Source: Gnetum montanum (taxonomy: Eukaryota; Plantae; Gnetophyta). From it: a stretch of DNA of 64,000 nt. The DNA lies in NCBI GenBank assembly GCA_015680685.1, contig MNCI01002059.1, positions 4,576 to 68,575 of the forward strand. The letters are read 5' to 3'. The notes under the pieces were generated by a model, which did not search any database, was not told the DNA's origin, and saw only the letters and a program-made list of their open reading frames with translations. Numbering within the stretch: the first letter of the stretch is position 1; each line of letters opens with the position of its first letter. Both the position numbers and the translations under genes were made by a program. This document shows, in pieces, positions 1 through 12,011 of the stretch.

Positions 1-660
1 CTGTAGTGTGGTGTTGAGAAGTTGTATGGAATCTTTGTTTGAGTTAAGTGTACTTTGGTATAGTTTATGTTCGGAAATAAAGATCAAGATTATTTCTCAT
101 CATTGTAGCATCCACTTAGTTTTATTGTTTTACTTAACTTAATTTCCATGTTTACTCAGTTAACTCTTTACGTTTTCAAAGTACCTTTACTTATTCATTA
201 AGTAAAGCAAAATTAGTACGGTTGGTTTTGAGTACATAAGTGTAATCATTTGGTAATCCAAGTGGTGTTATTGCTTAGTTTGCTTAGTAACATAAAGCTT
301 GGTAACCCAGTAATAGTTATATGAGCCTAAGGTGTGTACGGTAGACCATGACTAGATGCTCATCGCTATAGGCTAGAATAGATTTACATTACTGTCATAC
401 TTAAATTTAGATTGTTATTCTCAACTTTCATCATGTTTGTAACTATAAGTAATCAGAGCCTAACATCACTAATTATATGCCTCACTAAGAGTTAAGCCAT
501 ACATTTGAAATTCACTAACTTGAAGTGGAAAAATAGTGATCTTGAACTTAACATCAATTATTAGCATAATTACATTGTTCATCCATGGATTATGATTTGG
601 TCACATGCTAGCACGCATGACTTGTATGGTAGAGTCTTGAGATACCTTCATTGCTCATCA
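1..660 (+). repeat. 5' LTR (partial) of A1
   Basis: Collinear with the LTR at 30536-31444; ends ..TTGCTCATCA directly before the PBS. Confidence 0.85.
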
Positions 661-661
661 T

Positions 662-679
662 TGGCATCATTGCCGGGGA
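662..679 (+). promoter_or_regulatory. Primer binding site (tRNA-Asp type, Athila-like)
   Basis: TGGCATCATTGCCGGGGA is a deaminated form of TGGCGCCGTTGCCGGGGA. Confidence 0.85.
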
Positions 680-801
680 TGTGTCAATGTGTGCTAAGTA
701 ATTGATCTTATAAAGTTTATTGTATTAAGAACTAGAAAGTCTATCCTTATACCTTTAATCAATCTTAACAACACACACATAACTAAGCATCAACATACAA
801 T

Positions 802-2810
802 ATGACTTTAACACTTAAAGAAAAACTATCACCTGCCAAAGAGCTGCAAAAGAGTAATGACAAAATATATGATGATGAAGACTAGAGTATGCCTATCCAA
901 ACACAAATCTCATATGATCACACCAATTCTTATTATCTTGATTTTATATTCATCTTTTATCAAGATGGGCAGTTGAAGTCGAGAGACTTGCAAGGCAATA
1001 TCATTTTGTCTCCAGAGCATTCAACACCTGCCATGCTTTAAACAACCTTAAGGGAAATGAATTTGAGCCATGTGCAAGAGGGATATCATGTGATCAAACA
1101 CATGACTAGATCCTACCAACCCATAGAGGCACAAAAGTGAAGAGACACTACTATGAAGACCAAACATGAGAATAACAAGGGAAAGCAAGTTAATCCTACT
1201 ATTATCCTAGAAGAACTTGATGGTGATGCATTTTTAGTAGAAAAACTACACCATAATCATGAAGCCCATTCAAAAATGCTTAGCATCCATATATAAGAAC
1301 CTGTCAAAGTATAGTTACATTCAACCCTTGCAAATACACTAAGAAAAAAGGTAGAGGGCTCTAAATATAAGCAAGACTCAAGGCCTAGAGTTTATGCAGG
1401 ATCACAATGAGATGAATTCTAGAGTTATAGAAGGATAACTAGCTAGCATTGGTCACCAACTACTTTATCTTCCTGGTCATGATCATTGGTGGACTTTGAA
1501 AAAAGGGAATGAAGGTTCAGAAATCATGATAGGGAGAAAAATTGGGCTCATGATAGACACGAGAATCATTAAAGACATCTTGATGAAGAAGATGATGAGT
1601 ATTAATCATGAAGAGATAGGAATAGATGTGAAGAGAGAGAGAGAGAGAGCGATATGAGTATCAAAGGAGACATCACTACAATAAAGTATATGAACCCTAT
1701 GACCATGAAGAGTCCTTGTTGGCTACTTGCAACATGATCAACATTATGAAAGTAGTGTACATTCCTACTAGGCATGTGAGGGATAGTTGTTTCAAATAAA
1801 TTGATATGAAAAATATTCCTAAGTTTGAAGGGGGATATATTCCAAACATCACCTTCAAACATTTCATGATGCCTATATCCTACAAAATATTGAAAGTGAC
1901 TAGCAAAAACTCAAGTTTTTTCCCAGGAAACTCATTAAAAAAGTAAAAAGGTGGTATAGATCATTAAAACATGAATTAATTAGAAGGTGGACCATGCTTG
2001 AACTCTTAAATAAAAAATACCAAACTTACTCTATAATTTCCAATCCTAGAAAACAGATCTAGGGTTGGAAGCAAGGGACACATGAATCCCTTGATGTGGC
2101 AATGGGTAGATACTACTCTCTTTTTCATAGATGCCCAAGCCATAGATTTTCCCAAAGGGAGTAGCTTAGGCACATTTTTGATGGGTTGAGGAATAAAACC
2201 AGGGAAACCCTTGGGGTCTATGCCCAAGGTAGACTATTAGAAATGATTACCCATCAAATCCAAAGGCTGATTGATCAAGTGGCGAAGGAGGAAGGTGAGT
2301 TGGAAAAGAGAGAATTAGTGGAGGAATATAATGGAGATTCATCTATTAGAAAAAGAGATGCATGAATGTATGACAAACAAGAGGAAGAAACCTTGGAAAA
2401 AGTGATCTAGAAGAAAACTCTACTAATTCAAAATTTGTCAATGATATAGCAACCAAGATAGAAAATATGTGGGCCTTAGTGGACGAAAATTTGCTATAGT
2501 TTTGAAAATTATAGAAGAAAGAATTGAACAAGCCTTCAATAAGGACAAAGAAAAGAAAAAGAAAAGAGACTATCTATGTGAACACTATAAACAAAAAGGA
2601 AAATTTGCTTCAGTGGAAGAATGTATTAACTTAAGCTCAAAGGATAAGGAAGGATGTAAATTGTGCCAATACAAACATCCTAATGGATAATATCCTATAG
2701 TGGCACACTTGCATGAATTAGGGGCATATGTGCTTAATCCAATATTTGTTAGAAAGCAAATGCAAAAATGGTTACCTTACCCTCAAGGTAATTTCAAATA
2801 GTCCTTCTAG
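802..2810 (+). pseudogene. gag: gag (Athila-like family) with N-terminal extension, disrupted
   Basis: Homologous to 31583-34100 and 61576-64000 (IPKFEG..Y, LQNIE, GWKQG..ESLD segments); many stops and frameshifts. Confidence 0.7.
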
Positions 2811-3129
2811 CCAACTCACTTATGTTGCAAGTTTCACTACCATTTATTTCACTTATGCAGCATGTGCCCTAGTATAGCATGCTTTAAATTTCCATGCTAG
2901 TCGTTATACTACCATAACAATTTTTATCCTCTTACAACCTCATTTTGGGTAATCTTATAGTTCTGTGAATTCTTGGTATTCCACTTGAATTAATGCTCTT
3001 GCTGCAAGACCTTAAGTCTAGGCTTTAGAAAAATGAAGATGAAATGTAAAAAGTCACAACACTACATGGGGCCAGTCTTACCATCTCTATCGTACATCTC
3101 CTTATCAATCCCATTAGTTCTTTAATTTT

Positions 3130-4190
3130 TGTCACTAAGTTCCCAAAGACCTTTCATTACCAAATTTTACTAAGTATAATGGAGAATTTGATCCTGCAAA
3201 TCATGTCATTATCTTTCATAATGAATGCATGCTACTTGCTAATTATCCTCATAGCATTCTTAGAAGCTTTTTCAACTTCTTGATTGGTGAAGCACTTGAA
3301 TGGTATAGATTACTTCCTCATAGATCTATCATCTCCTTGAAGCAACTCTTCATTACCTTTGTGGAGAGATTCAAGTACAATATTGCTAAGGGTGGTACTT
3401 TGCAAAAGCTCATAGTAATCAAATAGGCTTCTAATAAATTTATCTCCAAGTTCATCTCTAGGTGGACATCAATAACTATGGAGCTTACACATCAATTACC
3501 TAATGACCAACTATTAGATATTTTTGAAGGGACTATTAATGATTATATTAGAGGAAAGTTAGTCTACCCCAGGCCACTTATCCTCCATAATGAAATCACC
3601 TCCACTAAATACATTGAGAAAGTGGCCATTTGATACAATGATGTAGAGTGGGTCAACTTCAAAAATAAAGAAAATAAAGTAGTAGATATGAACAAGTCCA
3701 CCCAAAATACTGGTCAAATAGTGGCTTTGGTAAACTAAATTATGGTAGGTTCATCATCAAATAATGGAGGCAATTATGGGAACAAGAATGTGAGCTATAA
3801 GCTAAAGCTTGATGATGATGAACAAAACACCAAAACACATTCAATAATGGTGGACAATCATGGAGGCCATAGAAATACTAGTCCAAGTACCATAAATTTC
3901 CAATGATGTACATGCAACTATACAACATGTTACTAAATTATAGACGCATAATGCCTAAGCAAGTTTCAAAATAAATCAGGTCATGATTCAAAAGGCTTCA
4001 AACATTGGCCATTGATCCTTGCTAATGTGTGGAAGGAGAGCCACCTATTCCTAAGTGGTATAATCCCAATAGGTTTTGCTATTATCATGAGGTATCAAAT
4101 CATGATAATGAGGATTGTAACAATCTTAAAGATGATGTTTAGGAATTATTAGAAAAAGGAATAATCATGTTCAATACTCCTATGCAACCT
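3130..4190 (+). pseudogene. gag: Second gag of a different (Tat/Ogre-like) type
   Basis: Reads FTKYNGEFDPANHV..., GEALEWYRLLPHRSIISLKQL..FVERF, and C-terminal PKWYNPNRFCYYHEVSNHDNEDCNNLKDDV*ELLEKG. Confidence 0.75.
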
Positions 4191-4689
4191 AGTAATCATA
4201 ACATGTAAATTTATCAAAATTCTTTGAATTTCCATTCAAGGAGAATTTTAGCCTTTCACCTGGAACCAAAATAAAATCATGTATAAGATTTCTTTGTTAT
4301 TGAAATGGATTCCTTCCACTATGAACCTTTCTCATCCTCTCATTTTATCTTGTTAAGATCTAAGAAGTCTTTTGTAATAAATCTTTCTTGGAATGATTCT
4401 AACACTTCTTTCTACAACATACGAAGAGCTTCATTAATCATTGATATGGCTCCTTACTATGACACACTTCCTATGCCATTCTAGCCTACTTTCCCTTATC
4501 CTCCCTCATCCCCAAAGAATAGAGTTCCCACACCTACTCACATTGTTTATTATTCTTCTATCTTATCCTATGCTATGCATCAACCATATCAAGCTTTCTC
4601 TTCACTGAAGTTACAAGAGCCTTCCTTGTCAAGGACACTTATTTCTCACAATAGAACTGATTCACATGTACTACCTTGTGAAAACTAAT

Positions 4690-5310
4690 GTAATGCTCAG
4701 GGGTAGAACATAAATTAACAACTCTATATCACCCCCAAGCTAACGGTGAAGCCAAAGTCACTAATAGGAAGAATACCTAGAATACTAACATGTACCATTA
4801 CTAAAGATACGAAAGACAAGAGCAAAAAACTCAATGATGCTCCATGGGCATATCGATCCACTTGGAAACTTCCTATTGGTTATTCTTCCTATGAGTTATT
4901 GTATGGAAAATTACTAATCCTTCCAATTTAAGTACAGCTTAGTACACTTTTAATGGCTTTTGAACTTGACTTTAATTTTAGTCTAGAATAAAAGGAATGT
5001 TTGATGACATTAAATGTGTTAGATAAAAAGCAATAGATAGTCCTATCAATGAATGTGATGCACAAGGCACATGCCAAACAACACCATGATTCACACATAA
5101 GAAAAGTTAAATTCCAACTAGGAGATAAGGTTCTTTACTCGAACCCCATGCACATACCTCAATGAATGAAATTTTAAATGCTATGGAAAGAACCTTATAT
5201 CATTCATACAAATTTTTCTTTTGGGACTATCAAAATTTATCATTCTTCAAGCCTAGAGAAAAGGTTGCTAGCTAACATCCAACAAATATAGCCCTTTCTA
5301 GAAACTTGCA
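4690..5310 (+). pseudogene. Integrase C-terminal half
   Basis: Reads YHPQANGEA..., LNDAPWAYRSTWKLPIGYSSYELLYGK, FQLGDKVL and a degenerate GPY/F region. Confidence 0.85.
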
Positions 5311-6829
5311 TGACTAGTGATATGAACATCTCAATGGATGGACATGCACGATCTATTTTTTAGATCTCCTTCTTCCAATGTAGTTGTGGGGGAGATGGCC
5401 ACCGATGTTAGCTTTCCGTGATGACTATCCACTTTTTCAACTTTTTATTTTACACCATTCTTCATATGTTTTTAATTTTATGGAATATTTTACAACTTCT
5501 TTTATATAGTTTACTTTATTTATATTCTATTATATGTTGTTTCATTCATTAGGAATCTTGAGTTTTTTCCATAAGTTGCTACTACTCCCATAAGTTCATT
5601 AAATACTATATTTAATGTTTTGATTGATTGTTAAATGACCAAATTTCATCTTGGGATTATGTCCTTGATTAATGGATTATTAATTTTCTAATGATATTAG
5701 GTAGTGAGTCCACAACATCCATCGATTCATGAGGCTCTTTTTCTTGGAAGAATGGGATCCTTCCATAATTATAACTTAAAAGAATCAATGATCTTGTTAC
5801 CTAATGGAATCAAAACAAACCAAGTGGGAATGGACAAGGGTATGAATTTAAGGGAATTTATCATCTTTTGTTCATAACTTCTCTTTTAAGTTTTTATGAC
5901 TTTCTTCATTGGTCTCTCATCACTTCTACTGTTAACTATAACAGGAAGCATGTCTTTGCATGGTTAGGTTTCCTTTGAAAAAAAATCAAAAAACATGGAA
6001 ATTTAAAGACCATCCCTTAGACACAATAACAAGATACATGCACTAGTTACAGGGCTAGAAAGACATGTTACCCATGCCTGATGGTACCCCTCTAACTAAG
6101 GCCCTTCCTCTCTTCCTGCTTCTCTTTTCTTCTTTTCCTAGAGTGGTGGTTATCCTTTGGAGTTTGTCATGGATTATGGATGGTAAAGGGTTAGGAAATG
6201 GTAGTGTGAAGTCACTAAATATGGATGCAATTAGTCCTCACTGAGGATGAGATGGTATCAAGTCTTCTTAATCATAAGTTTCACAAGAACTCCATGTGAC
6301 CTAGATGAGAGAATATCTTACCATACTATCTCTTCTCCATCATTCTAACCTCATCATTGACCATCTCATTACCTCTTATCATGGTCAATTGATGTGTCTA
6401 TTTTGGTATGACATAATCCTCTAATGATCTCTCCCATGGATTACATTTTTAGCTTCCAAAGGTCATTAATCATTCTTGGTGCTTATGGACTCCTTGTGAT
6501 GAGAGCATGCATGGACATCATAGGCATCAACCTACTTTTGGGAGGAGTCACTTATATGTCCTTTGGTCCTTTTGAGTTAAATCTCCTATCCATTAATCAT
6601 TTGTGCACTTAATCTTATCCATCCACATTTCCAACATCTAGTTTACATTAATTCAACATCCTCAATTTATCCAAACCTAATTCACTCTTCTTTCTTAATA
6701 AATTTAATATCCTCTTCCATGTTTTTTCATTCTTCTATGATTTTTTGGCTTCTTTGGGCTCTTATTTCCTTTCAAAAATCTTCCAAAATTCCTCAGTTTC
6801 ATTATGTTGAAAATTGACTTAAATAGTTA

Positions 6830-7390
6830 CGTTGACACATTCTTGTCAACACAACCTAATACATCAATGCATCCCCATTGACATAGCTAGATATGTCAAC
6901 ATAGCCTCATTAAAATATTCTAGTCGGCAGATCATAAAAATAGTATATATAGGCATGACACTTAGCCAAAATCTCACCATTTTCTTCCTAACACAAGAAG
7001 AGTTTTTGCATTTTTCATAGCCTAGAGACCTTCCAAGCACTATAACTCTCATACCACTCACCCAACTCATCTTTTTCTTCAATTGTCTAGCTACTAGAGG
7101 TAAGCTTTTTTGTCATGGAGATCGTAAATCTTTAGTTTTTTTTTAAGAAAATTTTTCAAAATTTTCCTAACTTCCTAAGGTTTACCCATTAAAATAATAT
7201 TAAAATACTCATCCTAAGTGGGTTCAACTTAACAAAAAAACTCTATTAGCTAATAAAATAATAATTAAATAAAAATTCCATGCCAAGGTCATAAACAAGC
7301 CTAACTATAACCTGATCTAATAAGAAAGGTATTAAAAGAACTAAGGGTTATTAACTAAAGGCTAATCTTGGGTTACATTTGTGATTGCAA
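6830..7390 (+). promoter_or_regulatory. Putative internal promoter and 5'UTR intron of the A1 accessory ORF
   Basis: GTTGAC/GTCAAC/CATCAATG/CATTGAC motifs, TATATATA at 6944-6951, donor AG|GTAAGC at 7100, and decayed acceptor TTGCAA|ATG at 7391. Confidence 0.5.
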
Positions 7391-8796
7391 ATGATACCAA
7401 AGAGAGGACTGTAAGCAAGAGGACCTCCTTAGCCTATGGTAAGTTGAGCATTGCCCCATAGGAAGAAGTATTGGAATGAATATTAGGCATTGGGCAACTG
7501 CTTCCAAAGATCTTTGATCTCCTAGATGAAATTTCTATAACCCAGTCATAGTTTCTAGAGAATAAGGATAAGTTACTCATTGTCAACATCCAAATACAAG
7601 AAGCCACCATTGAAAACCAATGGTTGGCTATTTAGGTTGCAGAGTTGTGGGCTTATCTCTTTGAGCTTGCTATTCCTAGCCTAGAACTCATGAGGGATGA
7701 AGCTTTTCAATAGCTTCAACATAGATTAAGGGAGGTTGAGAAAGCAAAGGAGGTAGCAACTTTTAATGTGTCCTTGTTAGAGGCTATGACCTTCAACATC
7801 GACAAGGACTTGTCACAAGTTTGCAACAAAAACTTCGTTCTCACCAAAGACTTTCATCACTTGTGGAACATGAACAAAAAAAGGACTAGATGGTTAAGTT
7901 TGTTTGTTAGTAGGAGTAGCTAGCCAAGGTGAACCTTAACTTTAGGAGGTTGAAAATAGAGAATAGAAAATTCTCAATGGAGAACATTTGCATGCTTTTC
8001 TAGAAAATAGCCATTGAAGTAGCCACCTAGAAAATTGAAGCCATGAAATTTGAACGAGTAAAGAACCATTACAAGGACTTGGTTGGGCCTCTTCAAAAAG
8101 TTAATGAAAAAGAAATTATACTAGTGAAACCAAAGATGAACAAGGCTCTTCAACAACTTGAACAAAGAGGTGACGTATGGTAGCCCATCTTAGATACTGA
8201 ACACGTACAATAAAGTAGAAATATAACTAAAATAGTTATAGATCTAAGAGATGATGGAATATATGGAGCTTTCCAACCTCCAATACACACACTTGGTTAT
8301 GTTGACAGTAGGAAGATTAAGAATAGAATTTAAGAAATAAGTGGCTAGTTTCTACCTCTTGTATGAGGTGGAATTCAAGCATCATAAGTAGACCAAGCAA
8401 TAGTTGGAGATAGCCAACACTAAACTTGAAGTTCTTAGGCGTAAATTTATTGATCAAGAATCTATTGCTAAGAAACTTGCCAAAAGGATGAATGACTACA
8501 ATGAGCTACAGAACTTAGTAAAGATGTTCAACATCAAATGTAAATAATTCGTAGCATGGTTTGTAAACATAAAGGAGTTATTTCCTATGATGCTGTGCCT
8601 ATGGGATATCCTTGCATCAACCCATAATGGTGAAGTCATGTTGACTACTTATTGTCCATGTGGCAATGAGGAGAAAATGAAAGAATTACTAGATACTTTC
8701 AAGATTCCACTAGAAGAAATAGCCATAGCAAGCAAGCATTAGCTACCTCCACCACCACCACTTTTGGAACTTGGCAAAGGACCTTCAGCACCATAG
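7391..8796 (+). pseudogene. Accessory (env-like position) ORF, coiled-coil rich, disrupted
   Basis: Starts MIPKRG; LAKRMNDYNEL..FVAWFV is homologous to LAKRLTDYHEL..FVAWYV at ~39600-39690. Confidence 0.65.
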
Positions 8797-9071
8797 GAGC
8801 CTCCACATCTAGACACTATTTGAGAATTTTCCCTATCTTCAAAAACTCAAGAATACATGCTAAAATTTTGTAAAGTGTCCAATTTTGTTGTAATGGATAC
8901 TAATTTTTATAATTTCATACAATCTAGCACTCAAAGTTACTAGTGTTAGTTAGTTAGTTAGTTAGTTAGCTTGTTTGTAATCAATAAATTTCATACTTCC
9001 CCAAATTTTGTAAAAAGCTCAATCCTAATGTTTTTCACTTGAGGAAGAGTTTTTAGTTAGTTTTGGGAGTA

Positions 9072-9945
9072 TGATGAGTCATGATATAGGTTGCATCGAA
9101 AAGCATGCATCAATGTAGCCTCATCTATGTATCCTCGTTGATGCATGGGTACATTCATTGACATAGATGCATGGACGCTGACAAGGGTAAAGCCTATATA
9201 AATGGATGTACCAATCACATTTATTGAACCTTAGGTTCATAAAATAGCAAAGCCCATATAGTTTATTTTCTCTAGAGTTAGAATATTTTCTCTTTGAGTG
9301 CCCGTAGTGTGATCTAAAGAGATTGTACGGAGCTTTATTCAAATGCCATGTACTTGAATGCATCAGTGTCAACAACAATAAATTCATGTTTTCTAATATT
9401 CATTGTAGCAATTGGAATAGTTTAATATCTATTGTTTTCACTTTACTTTTAATGTAATTTACACTTATGACTTTAGTTAATTAATGCACTTAATCATAAA
9501 AACATATGTACGATCACTTCAAACATAACATATTATGCTTGGTAATCCGAATAGTGGCCATTTGATATGCCTAGTTATTACCACTTGGTAATCCTATAGT
9601 GTTGATACTAGTTTGGGACGTGTATAGTAAGTGTGAATGGTTACTTACTCGAATAGTTATTCACTAGGTTAGTTAAGTAGTTAATTATTAAATCTTTATT
9701 TACTCACCTAGCCTTAGGAGTATATATATACTTATAAAAATACACATAATGTGCCTTGACTTACATTTAACCATACAAACTGATAGCAAAAGTGTGAGTT
9801 AGGAAGACAATGATCATAAAACCCTTTGTCTCATAGTTTAAGACTATAGGTATCTTAGGAACTAAAGTCTATGAAATTCAACCAACTCACTAGTGTGTGT
9901 TTGTGATTTGTATGATTAGGCATAGGGGACACTAGCTGCTCATTA
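9072..9945 (+). repeat. 3' LTR of A1 (A3/A4-type sequence)
   Basis: Follows the PPT; TGATGAG..GCTCATTA; TATA CTATATAAA at ~9194; 3' part resembles the LTRs at 58744 and 60561. Confidence 0.8.
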
Positions 9946-10848
9946 ATAACCAAGACCTAGCCTTTGGAGACACTTAGATAAAATATACATTGTTCAAATT
10001 TTTGGATTTCTTGTCAATTTCTAGAAAATTTGTAGCATTTTTAGATTTTGAAACATTCTCTAATATTTATTTGAAACCTTTACCTAGGTCATATTCTGAA
10101 ACTTTTGGCCTAGAATCTATATGTTCCATGATTAGGGAAATGAAATAATTTTTTATTTGACATGTTTTGACTCCTCCTGCATTTCGATGTAGAGAGCCTA
10201 GAGTAGCTAGGAAAGCATCAAAAGAAAAACATGGGATGAAGGGTGGATCAATTCTATATAAAATGGACTCTTTAAACTTGAAAATTAATTCTTGGATATT
10301 TTATAAAATAGAAACTTTGTATAGTCTTTGGATATTTGAGCCATATACTTATTTTTATAAATAAATAATAAAGTATGTTAGATATGAAATTACTGTGTGT
10401 GCCATTTGGGCCATGAGATTGCAAGGATCATTTTTCATTTTGGTGTGCACTATATGTTGAAGAAAACTTAATATTATTACTTAATTTAGTAAACTTTAAA
10501 CATGAATATATTTATTCTTAGATGTTCAATTGAGGCAAAACAAATATAATTAGAATCATTATTTTAAATATCATTTTATGATGGAACTAGTGAAATTCTT
10601 TAATATCTACATTTTTCCAGCTATGTAAATGTCTATTTTCTCTATTTAAATTTTATTTAATTATGTATGCAAGTAATATGAAATTTTGGTGTAATGTATG
10701 AATTTTATGAAGTTATGTTTCTAATTAAAAATTTTTACCTATTTTATAACTTCCTTTTAATTTGATAAATCTAGAACATTAGTGGGTTTTGTAACATTTC
10801 TATTAGTTATTTATAGGATTTTTATAGATAATTTATAGGGGTATTACA
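9946..10848. repeat. Right end of another LTR, truncated by the A1 insertion
   Basis: Ends GGGGTATTACA, a typical chromovirus LTR terminus; different LTR sequence begins immediately after. Confidence 0.5.
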
Positions 10849-12011
10849 AAATCATACTACACAGATAACATAATAATAACCAAGCTCATTCATAACAACC
10901 AGAAACTATATGTGCATAGATATAACATGGAGCAATTAGTGCTTCCAGGGGATCACCATCCCACAATGCATAATTACATAACCTCTATGATAGCTAACAC
11001 ATCCACACTGACTATAAGCATGATATCGTTGACATGTGTAAGAAAATAATTATTAATACATGCATGTATTTTATTAGTTTTTCAATTACTTAGTCCATCA
11101 TTAATATTAATGCTTGCTATTGCATCTATAGTACCAAGTCACTATCTTTCTAGAAGGTAAATATGATTGTAAATGAATACATCTAGACATCATAACAACC
11201 ATAGCCTACACTCTTCCACTTTTAGAATGAGGTTTGAAATATGAATCTGACTAATGCATCCAATGGGGGTTATCTTAACTCCTTCAAAGTGCTTCATAAT
11301 CAACTGGTTCACACTCTTATGTCAACTTCACTTGTCATACACTCATAAATAAGTCATGCTACATGTACCATTTGTAATAACATGAGCATAACATATTAAT
11401 CTATATCAATGACGACAAGAAACTTGTGCTACATGCACCATCCTAAGGCTAATAATACCCACAATATTCACATCATATATCATGCATAAGTAATTTACAA
11501 CACTTCATGGATCTTGAATAAATAATTCATAGGCATATTCATTATGAATATCACATAAGTAGCACATAAGACTACTCATTATAGCCATACATAGATTCAC
11601 ATCCTTCTCATAATCAATTGAGAACTAGCTCATCATCATTGATGCATTCATATAAGTCAGTCATATATATAATGATCACTCTATAACATGCATCAAACAT
11701 ATTACAAAAAGCATAAAACATAGTGCTACTCACATCCAATCAATCCTGATGCCTAGCTTAAGCCTCATACGTAAGCTTATCTTTTGTTTTAGAAATTTAT
11801 GTGTACTTTGTAGTTTTTATGAACCATAATTCAAGAGTTTTTGTTGCTTCTTTTACATCATCTAGATTATTTTGGGTGAAATCCCAACAAGCCTCATGTA
11901 AGCCAAGTACTATGCTTTAAACTATCACTATCATCCCTTCATGTTTATCTTACAAGAACTATGACCTTTTATCTTATGTTACTTAATGCAAATTCTATGT
12001 AACTTAATCAT

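Larger units (their letters stand above)
1..9945 (+). mobile_element. Athila-like Ty3/gypsy LTR retrotransposon, chimeric and degenerate (element A1; 5' end outside window)
   Basis: LTR ends GCTCATCA at 660, followed by the PBS, gag, a second gag, an integrase C-half, an accessory ORF, the PPT TTTTGGGAGTA and a 3' LTR at 9072-9945. Confidence 0.8.
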
